From positions 2,728,001-2,792,000 of the forward strand of contig CM106586.1 of NCBI GenBank assembly GCA_048013815.1: a stretch of DNA of 64,000 nucleotides, in the 5' to 3' direction. This stretch comes from Setoptus koraiensis. Its lineage: Eukaryota; Animalia; Arthropoda. This document shows positions 1-12,185 of the stretch, piece after piece. Below the pieces are notes generated by a model. It ran no database searches, was not told the origin of the DNA, and was given only the letters and a program-made list of their open reading frames with translations. Position 1 is the first letter of the stretch; every line of letters begins with the position of its first letter. The translations under genes and the position numbers were made by a program.

Positions 1-2047
1 CTCATAGATTTCACTATGCACCAACACGCATCCTCACCCAGAATTCCTCGGGCCACAATGGAACTGCTCGCTTCGCCAACAAATGAGGCCCGCTGTCTAA
101 ACGCTGGCGCCTCTGCATCTTATCCGACACCCCGAATCAGCACCCAAATCGGCAGCCCGAATCGGCAACCCAAGCGAGGCCCAGAAGGCTCAAAAAGGCG
201 CAAAGAGGCGCAAGGAGGCGCGAAGAGGCGCAAAGAGGCGCAAAAGATTGAACGGCTGGCGTGTTAATGATTGGCTTCTGGTAACCAGAATCTGGTTGAT
301 AAAATCCTGTTTGTGTGCACACTTTTCGGTAGCTTACCCTCTGATTTTGACTTTTATGAGTGCCGATGCAGAGCCGGTCGCGTCTTCGCATTGATTGAAC
401 GGTGCCAAACAGTGATTGGTATTATTACTTTTAGATTGTGCAAATTAAATTGTTATTGTTCCAATTGATCGATTGTACACCTGAGCTGGTGCCCATTGTC
501 GGTTGTGGCATCTTCATGATGACTTTTTAACAGTGCTAATTGTATGCTGTTGCCGTCCGAACCAAACAAAACGAACAAATCTAATAACAACTAATCTATG
601 TGATGCATACACAAAATTATATCCATGTGTGAGCATAGATAGACAAGTCACTTATTGAACAGCCTACACCGCTAGTTGACAGCATAATCTAGCTGCCACT
701 TGCTGGCTCATCAAAAGCCACATAGACAGCGCGCGTGCCAGTGTCACTCACGACCAACACAAACCATTTTGCAAGCTCCAATACCCAAACACGTAACACC
801 TCATTCGGCTAACCAACCAGACACATTAGCATGGCCAAAATCAATCTCTACTTGTTATTTTTCTCACACAACAAAATAGACAAAACGTAAACATTATATA
901 CTTGATATTATATAACACTTCACATCATGTCATACATTATATGAAATTTCTTCTCATCCCAGGCTATCAAACAACAGACAGCAAAAAAGTAAAAGTGATA
1001 ACTTAGACACCTGGCAGAATCATAACTCACAACTGGAGGCTCTGCAAGCACGTGGTGCACCAGTAATGGGGCCATCGCGCATAATGCTGTCACTGGACGG
1101 ATGGTCGCAAAGTTATCATATTGAGGCCAGACAGGACACAATATATTTGGAGGGGCACAAAAGTGAAGTGCCCAACAGCGTGACAGGCGCAAACAGTACA
1201 GTTAGATAGATATATAGAGAGACAAATGAGAAAGAAAAAACCAACTCTAACACGGATAAATAGACAGCAAGCCAAAAGTTCGGGTGTTATTTTAAAGTGG
1301 AACAACAGAATCTAATTGTAACACATCAGCAGTTTGCACACTCATACTGTGTAGACCACGAGCAAGCTGGGCCATTTGTAAGGACACACTTGCACATTGC
1401 TATTGCTATTTGCTTGCCTCTACATAGACGTAGAGTTATGTTTGAATACATTGGAAACAGCGGAGTACTTGAATGACTCAGCCATTACAGCAGATATTTG
1501 CTAAATGGCCCCTAGGCTAAAAAGACAAAAGATATATATATCTATGTAAGAATGACCAATTCGATTGCGTCCATCGGCAACGATGATGCTGTTGCTGTTC
1601 TCGGCACAAACTGGAGCAAGGTATTGTTGATGTGTTTTGTTCACTAAAGTGCCACAACAAAAAAAGTGTGCTCACCGCCATAAATTTCCAAGTGTCTTTA
1701 CTACCATAACGATCTCGGAGTATAGCTCAAAACCATACTGGAATCATCATTATGATTCTGGCACAACCAACTCCCAGTATATACTTGCACACAGCATACC
1801 AAAAAACAAGAAAAACAGGATATTCCCGAATAGAATTGTTGTCTACCGGTCTCGGACCATCTTAGGGCCCCAAAATCATCGAGCGTTCATTGATCCCTAA
1901 CGAATCGCTTGCACACTGTGTCTCTCGAGTTTAAACCACTCTCAAGCCATTTCTTTGTCAAATCAAACAAGTCCATTTAATAGTTGTTATGATTGTTGAG
2001 ATGATTGAGCAAACAATGAGCCGTCTGTCTCTAATGATTCTACTTAC

Positions 2048-2800
2048 TAATGATGCCTCCCAAACTCTTAATGTGTAGTTCGTTTTTGTATTTAAAAAGT
2101 CTCTTTTGACAGTTTTGTAGCCGGGTATGTCTAGTACTTTGTGGCCCGATTTAGTCCATTCAGGGTAGTCGTCTTTAGGTAAAAAGCAGCCTATTTCATA
2201 TAACTCGCCTTCTTTAACTAACTGTGGTCCATAATAAAGAACCTGCTCATCTTGGTCACGCATTGAATTAATGTATTCTATTTCCTCTTCTAATTCTGAC
2301 TCTAATGAATGCCGATCAGAGCCTTCGGTTAACTCTTTGTATTGATTGTATAATGCTAAATGATAATTGATATTATTACTATCTAAATTGTTGTTATTGG
2401 AATTGATCGATTGTGTACCTATGTTATTGCTGTTACTATTGCCTTCATTTAACAATGCTAATTGTCTCTGTTGTTGTTCATATCTGTCCGACGATGATCT
2501 AAATTTACCAATTGATACTTGATGATTATTAGATCTTGATGTTTTAACTATATCACTAAATGGTGGTTGTGGGATGAAAAAATAATCGAATGGTAGTAGA
2601 TCGTGTTCGCTTATATCATGATGATGTCGCTGATTATTATTTGTTGTTGATTGCGCAAAAGCATTTGTTTGATGTTGATTTTGATTGTAGTTGATTGGCG
2701 ATAGTAGATATGAGCTGTCCGCGCTGACAAGTAACTTGTGGCTGGTCAGTGCGAGCCAGGCTGACAGTTTCATCATGTCACAAATGCAAATTTTCAGCAT
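2048..2800 (-). CDS. First coding exon of a secreted/membrane Ig-superfamily protein (signal peptide, N/Q-rich spacer, start of an Ig domain); downstream exons not resolved
   Basis: ORF 1958..2836: hydrophobic N-terminus (MLKICICDMMKLSAWLALTSHKLLVSA), then GPQLVKEGELYEIGC...PEWTKSG...NYTLRVWEA (Ig B-strand Cys, C-strand Trp, E-strand). Strong donor TTA|GTAAGT at 2048/2047 ends the exon before the second Ig Cys. Confidence 0.7.
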
Positions 2801-5459
2801 AGTTTTATATTTGTACACGAATGAATCAACATACAAATATCAGGATTAGTTACATCTTGTGCTTTTTACGATGTTCTTATGATGTTTATCCGGTGGTTAA
2901 ATTAGTGACAGAAGCAGAAAACAGATACTATGTGGAGATGTGCATAATACCACCATGTGAATAATACTCACCTGATTGATTGTCAATGATAAGGCCCAGT
3001 GAATATAGAAACAGAATGCCCAGCGATGCCATTTTCAATCGCCAGCCTAGCGTAGCATGCCGAATAACGGTCATTTACGTGCTGATAAATAATAATTAGT
3101 GAGGTGGCAACAATAACAACTGGTGCGGATAAATGCACCAATTGCTCTAATTAGCTCTGGGCACCTGAAAACGATGATTATTTGATGTGTGTGTGTGTGT
3201 GCTAGTGTCAACCAGTGTACATACAATAGTTAGTGTTGCCGTTGAATAAATTACACACAACACTAATAATAATTAAGTTGGTACTGGCAACAGAGGGCCA
3301 ATTTGAACGAGCACTGAATTGAATCGCTCCGAGCAGCACTAACGGTAGGTAGCGGCGACCAAAATAAGGCTAACATGATGATGTGAGTGGACAATCCCGT
3401 TAACTAGCCTCCGTTGTTGTGATTTCAGCTATGATTTTGCAACTATGATTATCGTGGTTGGTTGGTCAAAAGTAAAATTTATTTGGTCTTGGGTTAGTAG
3501 GCAATGACGGCATCAACGATATCAAGCGAGTGACTTGCGTTGGGCACGCAGTACTATTGTGACAATAGTCAGACAAATATTGTATATTGTCTAGGCGTCT
3601 TTCACATGTTTCTCTGCGTTGGCGTTGGCGTCCGCATTCGCAAAAGTCTTTTCGTCCTTCCCCGACTCTCGCTCGCTCTCAACTCTCACCACTCTGTATT
3701 CGGTTTTCATGCGTGTGACTTATGCTCTTGTGGTGCCATTACTTGCATGCGTCGGACTGAGTCAAACTCAAACTCGCACTCTTCTCTAGCTACTTCTCCA
3801 CTGCTGCTCGCTACTTCTCCGACTGCGATTGTTTCTCTATGCAATTAGTCGCAATGTCGCTATATCTTTTCTCTCTCTCTCTCTCTTGTTCCATCTGCTT
3901 GCCGTCATAGTTGATGTTTGTTGCAACGTTGCTAACGTCTCTGGCGCACTACCTATGGCGGCAACATGGCTACGGGCTTGTTGTTGTTGCAGTTATGCAA
4001 GTTCCCTATGACGATAATTAAAGCTCATTACACATTATCATGCTCCACTTCTCTGCAAGTCACAACATGGCAAGAAGCAAACGTTATTATGCTAAATACA
4101 TACCAGCCATCACACAAAGGAAACCAGCAGCGGCAGCATCATCATTATAGAATGCAGATTTGCGAGCGAACGCAAGACTGTCGGCGTTGATTTTCTCATT
4201 TTTAATCGTTCACCGTGCGCATCTGATTTGACTCGAATTGATGATGACGATGCGCCCGCTCACCAACTCGCTACAGTCTCGCTGCAATCAGTTCGAGTCC
4301 TCGCAAACACTCACTTGTGAGCTCGTCGGCAGTCGCTATGCGTAAGTCGCTATGCTCGCCACAATCGCTACAATGGCTGCGGTCGCTACTCGCTATGAGG
4401 CAAGATAAACGCGCAACATAGTCGTTAGCTACATCGCTAAAGCCACGCTGTAAATGCTTCAAGTTTATACTAACGCTGAAAATATTCACTTGGGCCCTGC
4501 TGTCGCTACATTTTGTTGCGCAACTTGTATTTTGCATCTCTGACCAAGTCGCTATAGTCAGTGTCAGCTGTTGCTGCCGGTTCGCTGCTGTGTGTTGCAT
4601 AATCTCATTCTTATTCTTGCTATTTCAATTTAAATTTACACTTCCATTTCTAAATATACATGGCATAGTTATAGTAATAGTTATATTTATATTTATATAA
4701 TAGTTATATCATAGTTATATGCTCAATCACACCCTTGTGCCCGCAAACATACCCTAGCGCACACACGAGAGTCGCACAAGCTGTGATAATAATCACAACG
4801 GATAGCGCGATTGTGAAACGAGCATCAGCTCATTCGAGAATCTCACACACACTGAGATTGTCTTAAATGTTGCTGTTACACCCATGCTATTCACCAATAT
4901 TGCACACATTTTCATTTGCCATTATTTTCAGCGAAATACGACAATCTAGACAGGACCGTGGCGCTTGCTTGTGTCTTTGTGTTCTCGTCTTGCAATCATT
5001 TTGCATTCTGCCCTAATCAGCTATTTTCAATCTATACATCTGCTATAGTCTGATCTTGGTGATTATTCGTGTCTTGGTGATTCGCGTCTTGGTTGGCCTT
5101 GTGCGTCTGGTTAGTGTTGGCTAGTGTTGGCTAGTGAGAGCTAAATATAATATAAACTACAACTATATGGCTCGTGGCTGGCTAGTTGACAATGCACGAT
5201 CGTCTATTTACGATTACTTTACAACACACACACACACGGTTTAAGAGGAATATTGATTCGCAACACTACAACTGTTTCACACGCTGCAGTTAGCGCAAAT
5301 ACCGCCAGCGATAGACCCCGGGCATAGTGGATATAGCAGATACAGTTTGAATAAATGTTACTTAATTGTCTATGTTATCACGCTTATTCTCATTGTGTGC
5401 CTTCGATAAGTGTGTTTACAGAGCCAGTCGTCTCGTTTAGAGCCTCGGGCCGCAGTGTG

Positions 5460-5580
5460 TCTAATAACTGTGCTGCCGCTGATAACTGTTTGCCCGATAA
5501 ATGTGTCTCTGATAACTGTGTGCCTGATAACTGTGCTCCTGATAACTGTGTGTCTGATTACCGTTTCTCTAATAACTGTT
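5460..5580 (+). repeat. Degenerate ~15-bp tandem repeat built on GATAACTGT
   Basis: About eight units such as gctGATAACTGTttg, tctGATAACTGTgtg, cctGATAACTGTgct. Confidence 0.85.
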
Positions 5581-8079
5581 TAGGCGCTATCGGGCCCGAC
5601 CAAGCGGGCCAAGTGGGGCCGCCTCTTTGGTCCAGTTGAGTGCGCGACTAATTAAAATCATCATCGTCACTACACTTGCTGTTGTTGCCAGTTTTGTTCG
5701 GCACGGCATGCGATTGCGAGCAATTGCGCTGCAATTGTGCGAAACTGCCACTAATGCACGCTGTCGGCTGTATCATTATTACATAACAGGTCAGTTGGTC
5801 TGCAGAATGAAACAATTCTTTGTGTTGCGTTCAAGCGACTCGTTGAGCTCGCTTGGGACAATCGCCAAATAGCATCGCCAGTCATTAGTTATGCTGGCCA
5901 ACTGACCCACTGACCAACCTGGTTCCGATGACCAAACACTTACCTATTGTTGTCGTTGGTGGTGTCATTGCCGTTGTTGTGGTTGTCGCTGTCGTAGTTG
6001 CATCATGCGACACTTTCTCGAGGCTGTTTCTTTTCGTTTTATATTGTTCTTGTCGCTGTTATTTGGCGCGCTTAGGCGAAATTTGGGGCGATTTGGCGCA
6101 CTCTGACTGCACTGCACTCGACAAACGTACGCTGGACCCCAATTTTGGGCTATTTTTTTCAATTGTCAATCACTTTTATAACTGTAGTCGCTGTATCTGT
6201 TGTTGGTCCATTATTGTTGCTGTTGATCAATTGTGCATCTGATCCGACACCAACTTGTATCCCGTTGCGTCGAATAATTTTGGTCGGCTTGAATTGCACA
6301 CGCAAATAATGATACATGCAAACAGCGGGCCTCCTTCGCACGCTCTTGCATGATAATGATGATGGTTATGGTGATGATATTACGTAAGCGCGCATTCGCA
6401 TTATATAACATTATTTGTGCGCATGAGCATGAGCGATGAAGGCACTTGTAATATTTGCTGTCACTTATATGCTTTGTGTGGATATATGATATTATGTGCG
6501 CTGATGCGATACTGGCTTACTACTTGCTATCCAAAGAAACTTGCTGACTCCGACAAATAAACAACAAGACCCACAGATAGGCAACACAAAGAGAGTGTTG
6601 CAAATTTAAACAAACTGCCAGCGCAATGATCATGAACTACGTCTGTACACAATGGGTCTGTCAAGTCTTTGGCTAGCACACAAAAGTGATGCCAGAATTG
6701 ATTACCGGAAATCATTAAATGTCTTGCATTATGTCAAGATGTGTTTATTTGTTGTGCGCGTTTCTTCATTTGATTCACTGATTGTTGTTATCCGATTACT
6801 AGCTAACTATCGAATTTTGATACCAATATCAATCGTTTTTCTTATTTTAGCCTCAACTTAATTTGTGTGTGACTTTTTAGTGCTAAGCAACCGCCTGGCG
6901 AGCTAACCAAATATAAAAGCTTGCACGCTACCGTTGACTGAGCTCGTTCGCGTGCTCGCATCTGTCTGCGCTGTATAGCTATATCAATGATTTTATCTCA
7001 CAAGATAAAATTGTCAGAGGATAAAGTTGTTCAGGGGGAAAACTGTGACCAATGTTAATTTTATACACTCGTATATATGTATAATTTGGAGTGCATCAGC
7101 ACCTGGTGGCCAACAGAGGTGGCTCATTCTAACGTCCACGATTCCACCACATCCGATAAGATACCAGTGGGTATCGCAGTATAGTATAATATGGTGCAGT
7201 GTGTAGGCACCAAAGACGAGCGAAGCATTTTATACTTAGACATATATATATATATATATATATATTATACAAGACATGTAAGACAGGATAGATAATATGC
7301 AAACAAACAAACTAGCAGCGCTGGGCGGGCACCCTAGTTATCTGGTTGTGGTCACCACTACACATGTCCTTTTACCATTAGCCATTTGCACATGTCGCTA
7401 GACTTTGCATTGGAGCCTAGTTATTTATTCAAACAGTCACTGCCGGCTGAAGGCCCAAGAGACGTCCAGTGTGGCATCATCATTGGCAAGCATCATCAAT
7501 CTGATAGATAGTCTCAGTATTTCCTTTTTATCTGACTCATGTTTATGCATCAACATATAATTCTTACACGAAATTCAACTCTCTCCCCTCCTTTTGATGA
7601 ACGCTAAAGCGATACCGAACCAAGATTGCCCAACTAGTACAAGCAACACAAGTTAACCTGGCCCCAAAACACTGCCAAGCTACTCAAATTGAATGCCTCT
7701 GTAACGAACACATTTACATTTATTTTGTATCAGATGTGAAGATTTATATACTGACAATTGTGAGCCTTATTTTGTTTTATATAGCTGGGCACGCACGAGA
7801 GAGATAACCGGATAGCATCTGACCACTGGTTTGAGAAATGATCCGATTGTGAGACTAAGAATGTCGCTTTTGTTTTTTTTGTAAAACGATAAAATTAGCA
7901 CTCAAAGTCATCAGTTGGACGGAGTGTCGAACGGACACAACAATTTCTAACAGTGACCCATGTTTTCATGGAAATAGATGGTATGATCATAAGGAATGGC
8001 TATTTCTAGTTCAGTTATGGCAGTCATTCTTTTCCTGGACCTCTTCGTTCTCGGGATCTGTGGATAGATGTGTGGATAG

Positions 8080-8269
8080 TAGTGATCGGGGGAGCCTCCC
8101 GCTCCCCGCTCCCGCTCCCCCAACGGTCATCGGGGAGCATTGCTCCCGCTCCCCGACGGGGAGCGGGAGCAAATTCGGGGAGCAACGGGGAGCAACGGGG
8201 AGCAGATTCGGGGAGCACTTGCGGGAGCAAAATAAGTGAGCCTGCACAGGGTTGCTCCCCCGATCACTA
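8080..8269. mobile_element. hAT-type MITE, 190 bp
   Basis: Perfect 16-bp TIRs TAGTGATCGGGGGAGC (8080-8095) / GCTCCCCCGATCACTA (8254-8269); identical 8-bp flanks GTGGATAG (8072-8079 and 8270-8277); interior made of GGGGAGC/GCTCCCC subrepeats. 8-bp TSD plus short TIR is the hAT signature. Confidence 0.9.
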
Positions 8270-9099
8270 GTGGATAGCCTATTCAATCTAAACACAGGGG
8301 TGTTCCATCGAATAGGAGCCGAGCCCGATTTCCTTCAAACTCGACCCGGAAGTGCGGAAATTTCTACTTCCGGAAATATGGAAAAATGCATTTTTCGGGC
8401 CTCACAGGGGCCTCAGACCTAAAATTCTTGTATGATTGTCTAGATCCAGATTCTATCTATGTGATAGCGTAAAGATAAATCTTTTAAATAAACTCGTTCG
8501 CGAGATATTCTACAATAAGCGCGAGTCACACTTCCGGTTCTAAAACTGATTCGGCTGTACTACCAACTAGTTACGGTCTCTAAAGCAAGTCCACACCCTA
8601 TATGAAAGAAAGCTGGCCCGATCACGGGCCCCGCTCATTCGACTCCCAGTCCTCTGGAAGCATCTTTTTCAGTTAGGTGGCCGTCAGTGGTCCCGCCGGA
8701 GGCCGCAGGCCGTAGGCGTGGACGACTGGAGGCCGAACCCCTCCTCCGGCCAGGGCCCAAGATGAATGGCAGACGGAAGGGCTATTGTACAGCCTTGAAC
8801 TCTGGCCCTGAACCTTTATTAGTAGGAGTCCTGGCCGAGGCTATGACGTCAGGCTTCGCCTGGGGTGTTACTCTTTCCCGGTGGTGGAATCCCAAAAGTT
8901 TGGGGGTATATCCCTTTAGTGATTGTGCACGGTTTCAATTCGTGCCGTGTGCATTGGTCACGCCTCTTGAGTTTGACCGCTCTTATTTCCTACCTGGAGC
9001 TTCTAGGTACAATCTACCCTTGGTATGAAAACGTTAGTACCCTACCCGATGTCCGTGCGGGAAGGTACGGCCGATTATACCGTCAATATGCCCTCAAAT

Positions 9100-9228
9100 A
9101 CCCCGAAATACCCAGAATGCGGTACCCCGGGTATCTCGGTAACGAAGAATTTCCGCACTTCCGGAATACCCATTCGGGTATCAGGGCACTATACTCTACC
9201 CAAAAATACCCAAAATACCCAATTTGGG
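9100..9228 (+). repeat. TACCC-rich dispersed repeat, copy 1 (inverted copy at ~11665-11780)
   Basis: Shares GGGTATCAGGG(C/T)ACTATACTCTACCCAAAAATACCCAAAATACCC and upstream GCGGTACC..GG.TATCTC with the minus-strand copy at 11665-11780. Confidence 0.85.
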
Positions 9229-9254
9229 CGTGGCTCCTATTCGATGGTACAACC

Positions 9255-9360
9255 GCTCATTTTAATCCTAACGCAGAATTAGAGCTGAAGACTGACGCTT
9301 GTAGGACGGGATTGGGAGCGATACTTCTACAAGTAGAACAAGGAGAGAAGAAAATTGGGT
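9255..9360 (+). pseudogene. Ty3/Gypsy pol fragment (RNase H start)
   Basis: AHFNPNAELELKTDACRTGLGAILLQVEQG matches the Gypsy RT-RNase H motif xHFDP...L.TDAS..GLGAVLLQ; isolated ~35-codon remnant. Confidence 0.85.
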
Positions 9361-9615
9361 TATACTGGAGAATGGCGCCGCACTTTTTATTGACACGCAC
9401 AATTAATGCTGTCAGAGGCACATAACTTAGTCATACTATATGATTGCTGAGGAAAGGACATATCCTTGTAATCATGCGTTAAATTAGTCTAGTCTGCGCC
9501 GAAAGGCGTTACATAGTGGTATAGCTGAAGTCTCTTGTATTCTCAGCTTCCACACTTACATCAATTCTTCGATTGCGAGCGTTAACAGGTTGTTATAAAC
9601 TCCTTTGAATCCTTC

Positions 9616-9679
9616 AACGATACTTGTCCACACAAAAAATTAAGCGCTCGAAATACTGATTTGATCAGTATTACTTGTT
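9616..9679 (+). mobile_element. Helentron/DINE-1-like 3' terminus, copy A
   Basis: AACGATACT (sub-terminal IR) - CACAAAAAATTAAGCGCTCGA - hairpin AATACTGAT/ATCAGTATT - CTTGTT. Same layout as DINE-1/HINE 3' ends (subTIR, stem-loop, CTTGTT); repeated five times in this window. Confidence 0.75.
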
Positions 9680-10862
9680 TGTGCTAGCTCTTCGATTTTG
9701 GAGTTTATTTTATTGCCGGCTTTGTGGAGTTCGATAGTGTCGCTCACCACTCGGTCTCGGATGGCATTGACCGAGTCGATTAGTTTGTTTTCCAACTTTA
9801 TTTGCTCATCCGAGACTCCCTGGATTTGCTTTACGGCGTCTTTAGTTTGCTTATGGACTTGTATATTTGTTATTGGATATTCTTTTTGATTTTATTCTGG
9901 TGTTAACTCGGTTAGTAGTTGCGGTTGACTGTGACGACTGTGTTAGGTCGGCTGGAAGAGTTGATCCGTTGATCACCATCGTGATCAACGAATTGGCTCA
10001 ATAACGAATGGGTCGCCTCATCAACCAACATGGTTTGATAACAATGCTGCAAGTACAATAATGAGTCGCCTCGCAGCATCTTGGTAGGCTGCAACACATG
10101 GCCAAAATTTAACTCTTGTTATTGTTCGAGCGCCCCACTTTGGTGTATGTTGGAGGCACAGTGTTTGGTGTATAGTTTGATTTGTCCGTGCTTGTATGTG
10201 TGTAATTGCATACTTTGTGTACGGTTGTGTGTTTATGGTAGCATGTGTTTTCGTTCGCCGTATTAACTTGATACTTTATTGTCGTACAAGACGCCAGTGA
10301 TCATTGTTCGCTTAAGGCACGCTTCGTTTAGCAGTTGTTGATAAGCATGTCGGCCGCATGTTTGACGTTGGACGCCATTTTGTCTATCGTTGGGTGTACA
10401 GGCATCTACAGTATAATCGCACAATATTAAGATACAGGAAGTGGTTGCTGTTAGTGACCATTTGGTCCACAATCGTGATGCCACATCTTCATCATAGGCG
10501 GTACATGCTCTTGTACGAGTGGTGTCCTAACCGCTAGATACGTTGTCGGCTGACTTTCACATGCGTCAGCCGATGTGTTTACTAGGGACACCGCACTCTG
10601 ACCAAGTCGTTGTTGCTCATAGCTGAGCCAAGGCGTGGCCTGGCGGTGGTATGCCGGCGGTTGCTTCGTTGTTTCTGGCGCGTTGTGCCTTGCGACATGA
10701 GCAACACTTGGCGCACATTAGTATAAGTTTGTACAACAACTTCTTGCGCCACATGGCCAATATCAACAATGCAATGAATAGTACTAATTCCATGCTTAGT
10801 AGTATCGACTCGAGGGCGGTCATATGCGTCTCAATCCTTTCTACATGATTCATTGTTGCCAA
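9680..10862 (-). pseudogene. Degenerate glycoprotein/env-like ORF fragments
   Basis: 10617..10862 encodes a TM segment plus Cys-rich tail (ESILLSMELVLFIALLILAMWRKK...CAKCCSCRK); ~10100-10300 has NxT-rich Cys-containing frames; ~9680-9890 has a heptad-like helix (VKQIQGVSDEQIKLENKLIDSVNAIRDRVVSDTIELHKAGNKINSKIEELAQ). Interrupted by stops and frameshifts. Confidence 0.45.
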
Positions 10863-10968
10863 ATGTAACTGACAAGGTAAACTTCTTCTTCGATGACACT
10901 CGAACTGACTTGACTATAGCTTTTCTGAACTCTCCAGATTAAGAGCTAAAAGAATACGCTATTCTTGA

Positions 10969-11595
10969 GGGGGGGTTCGGGTTAAGAAGTTGAAATTTTT
11001 ACATTTTTTTTTTCTTTGCGAATTTGGATTCTACATTGCTCTAGCCTCATTTCTGTTCAGCCGTTTTGGAAATCGGCTGAACAGAAATGCTCCAATATGC
11101 ATTAAAAGTTGCATAAGAATTTGATTCAAACCGCGCGCACAGAGTGCCGTCTATGCGCACAGATGTGCGCACATGTGACAATGTGCGCGCAACACACCGT
11201 GACCGTCCCATTGTTAATAGCTGGCATATGTGCCACGTGGCACAGAAGACGCGCGCGCGACTGTGTTTGAATGCTGGCAGACACCGGAAGCAAACGCGCG
11301 CGTTGTAATCAAAACATCATTGTTCTCCAAACACGCGTGTTCTTTGTTGTGGCCAAAAACACCAGTAAAACAAAAGTAAAACAGCAAATATATTTTAACT
11401 TGTATTCATTAGATTTGTTCTGCATATAAACGACATCTCTTTGAATATAAGTTATTATAAGTTATTTCAAGCATTCGAAACGGCACTGTTCGGCACACTT
11501 CCTGTGCACACAACACGACTCCAGCATGTCTGAATTGCGCATGCGTGCTCTAAGAAATGTGCACATTTTTGTGCATTATAAACCCGAACCCCCCC
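10969..11595. mobile_element. Non-autonomous DNA transposon with TTAA-type target, Kolobok-like
   Basis: 16-bp TIRs GGGGGGGTTCGGGTTA / TAACCCGAACCCCCCC, flanked by TTGA (left, one mismatch) and TTAA (right). Purine-initial TIR with TTAA TSD fits Kolobok rather than piggyBac. Internal perfect 16-bp hairpin CATTTCTGTTCAGCCG/CGGCTGAACAGAAATG at ~11048-11089. Confidence 0.7.
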
Positions 11596-11664
11596 TTAAG
11601 CTCACGTTTTTTGAAATTTTTGCAATATTGACATGAATTTTTGGTTATACTTGCGAAGTAGGCA

Positions 11665-11780
11665 CCCACCAGATTAGGGTATTTTGGGTATTTTTGGGTA
11701 GAGTATAGTACCCTGATACCCGAGTAGGTATTTATAAGATGTAGAAATGTTCGGTTTCTGAGATAACCGAGGTACCGCAC
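11665..11780 (-). repeat. TACCC-rich dispersed repeat, copy 2 (inverted relative to 9100-9228)
   Basis: Conceptual translations share HxxNTxSGIRxLYSTQKYPKYP because the DNA is near-identical. Confidence 0.85.
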
Positions 11781-11902
11781 AGTGGGCGTTCTGAGATACC
11801 CGATGTCTCAGCGACGTACCCGAAAAAATTTCGGGTATCATCAAGGTACACCCGGGTACCCTTGTTTTTCTGGGGGTATACCGGAAGTGAAGAAGTGACC
11901 TT

Positions 11903-12185
11903 AAAGCTATTCAGAATAACTACTGCTTATCAGAACTGTTAATGCTATTGTAGATAAAACTAGACGAGAGTATCACGCTCAATACTCAGATGCTATCTAG
12001 ATAAATTTAGCACAGCAGAAGGCTAGCTGTCTTCAATTCTGATTTAGTGCACTGGAAGCTAGAGGTGTTGAAACTAGAAGATTGTATAACAGTAGAAGCT
12101 ACTCAGAATAACTACTGCTTCTCAGCTCTGTTGCTGCTATTGTAGATAAAACTCGACGAGAGTAACACGCTCAATGCTGCGATGC
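11903..12185 (+). repeat. ~90-bp direct duplication
   Basis: AAGCTA(T/C)TCAGAATAACTACTGCTT...GCTATTGTAGATAAAACT(A/C)GACGAGAGTA(T/A)CACGCTCAAT at ~11903 and ~12096. Confidence 0.85.

Noticed and set aside
1-1900. Candidate downstream exons of the minus-strand Ig gene (donors near 338, 1030 and 1675)
   Set aside because: Could not assemble a consistent frame supplying the expected D-x-G-x-Y-x-C strand; left uncalled.
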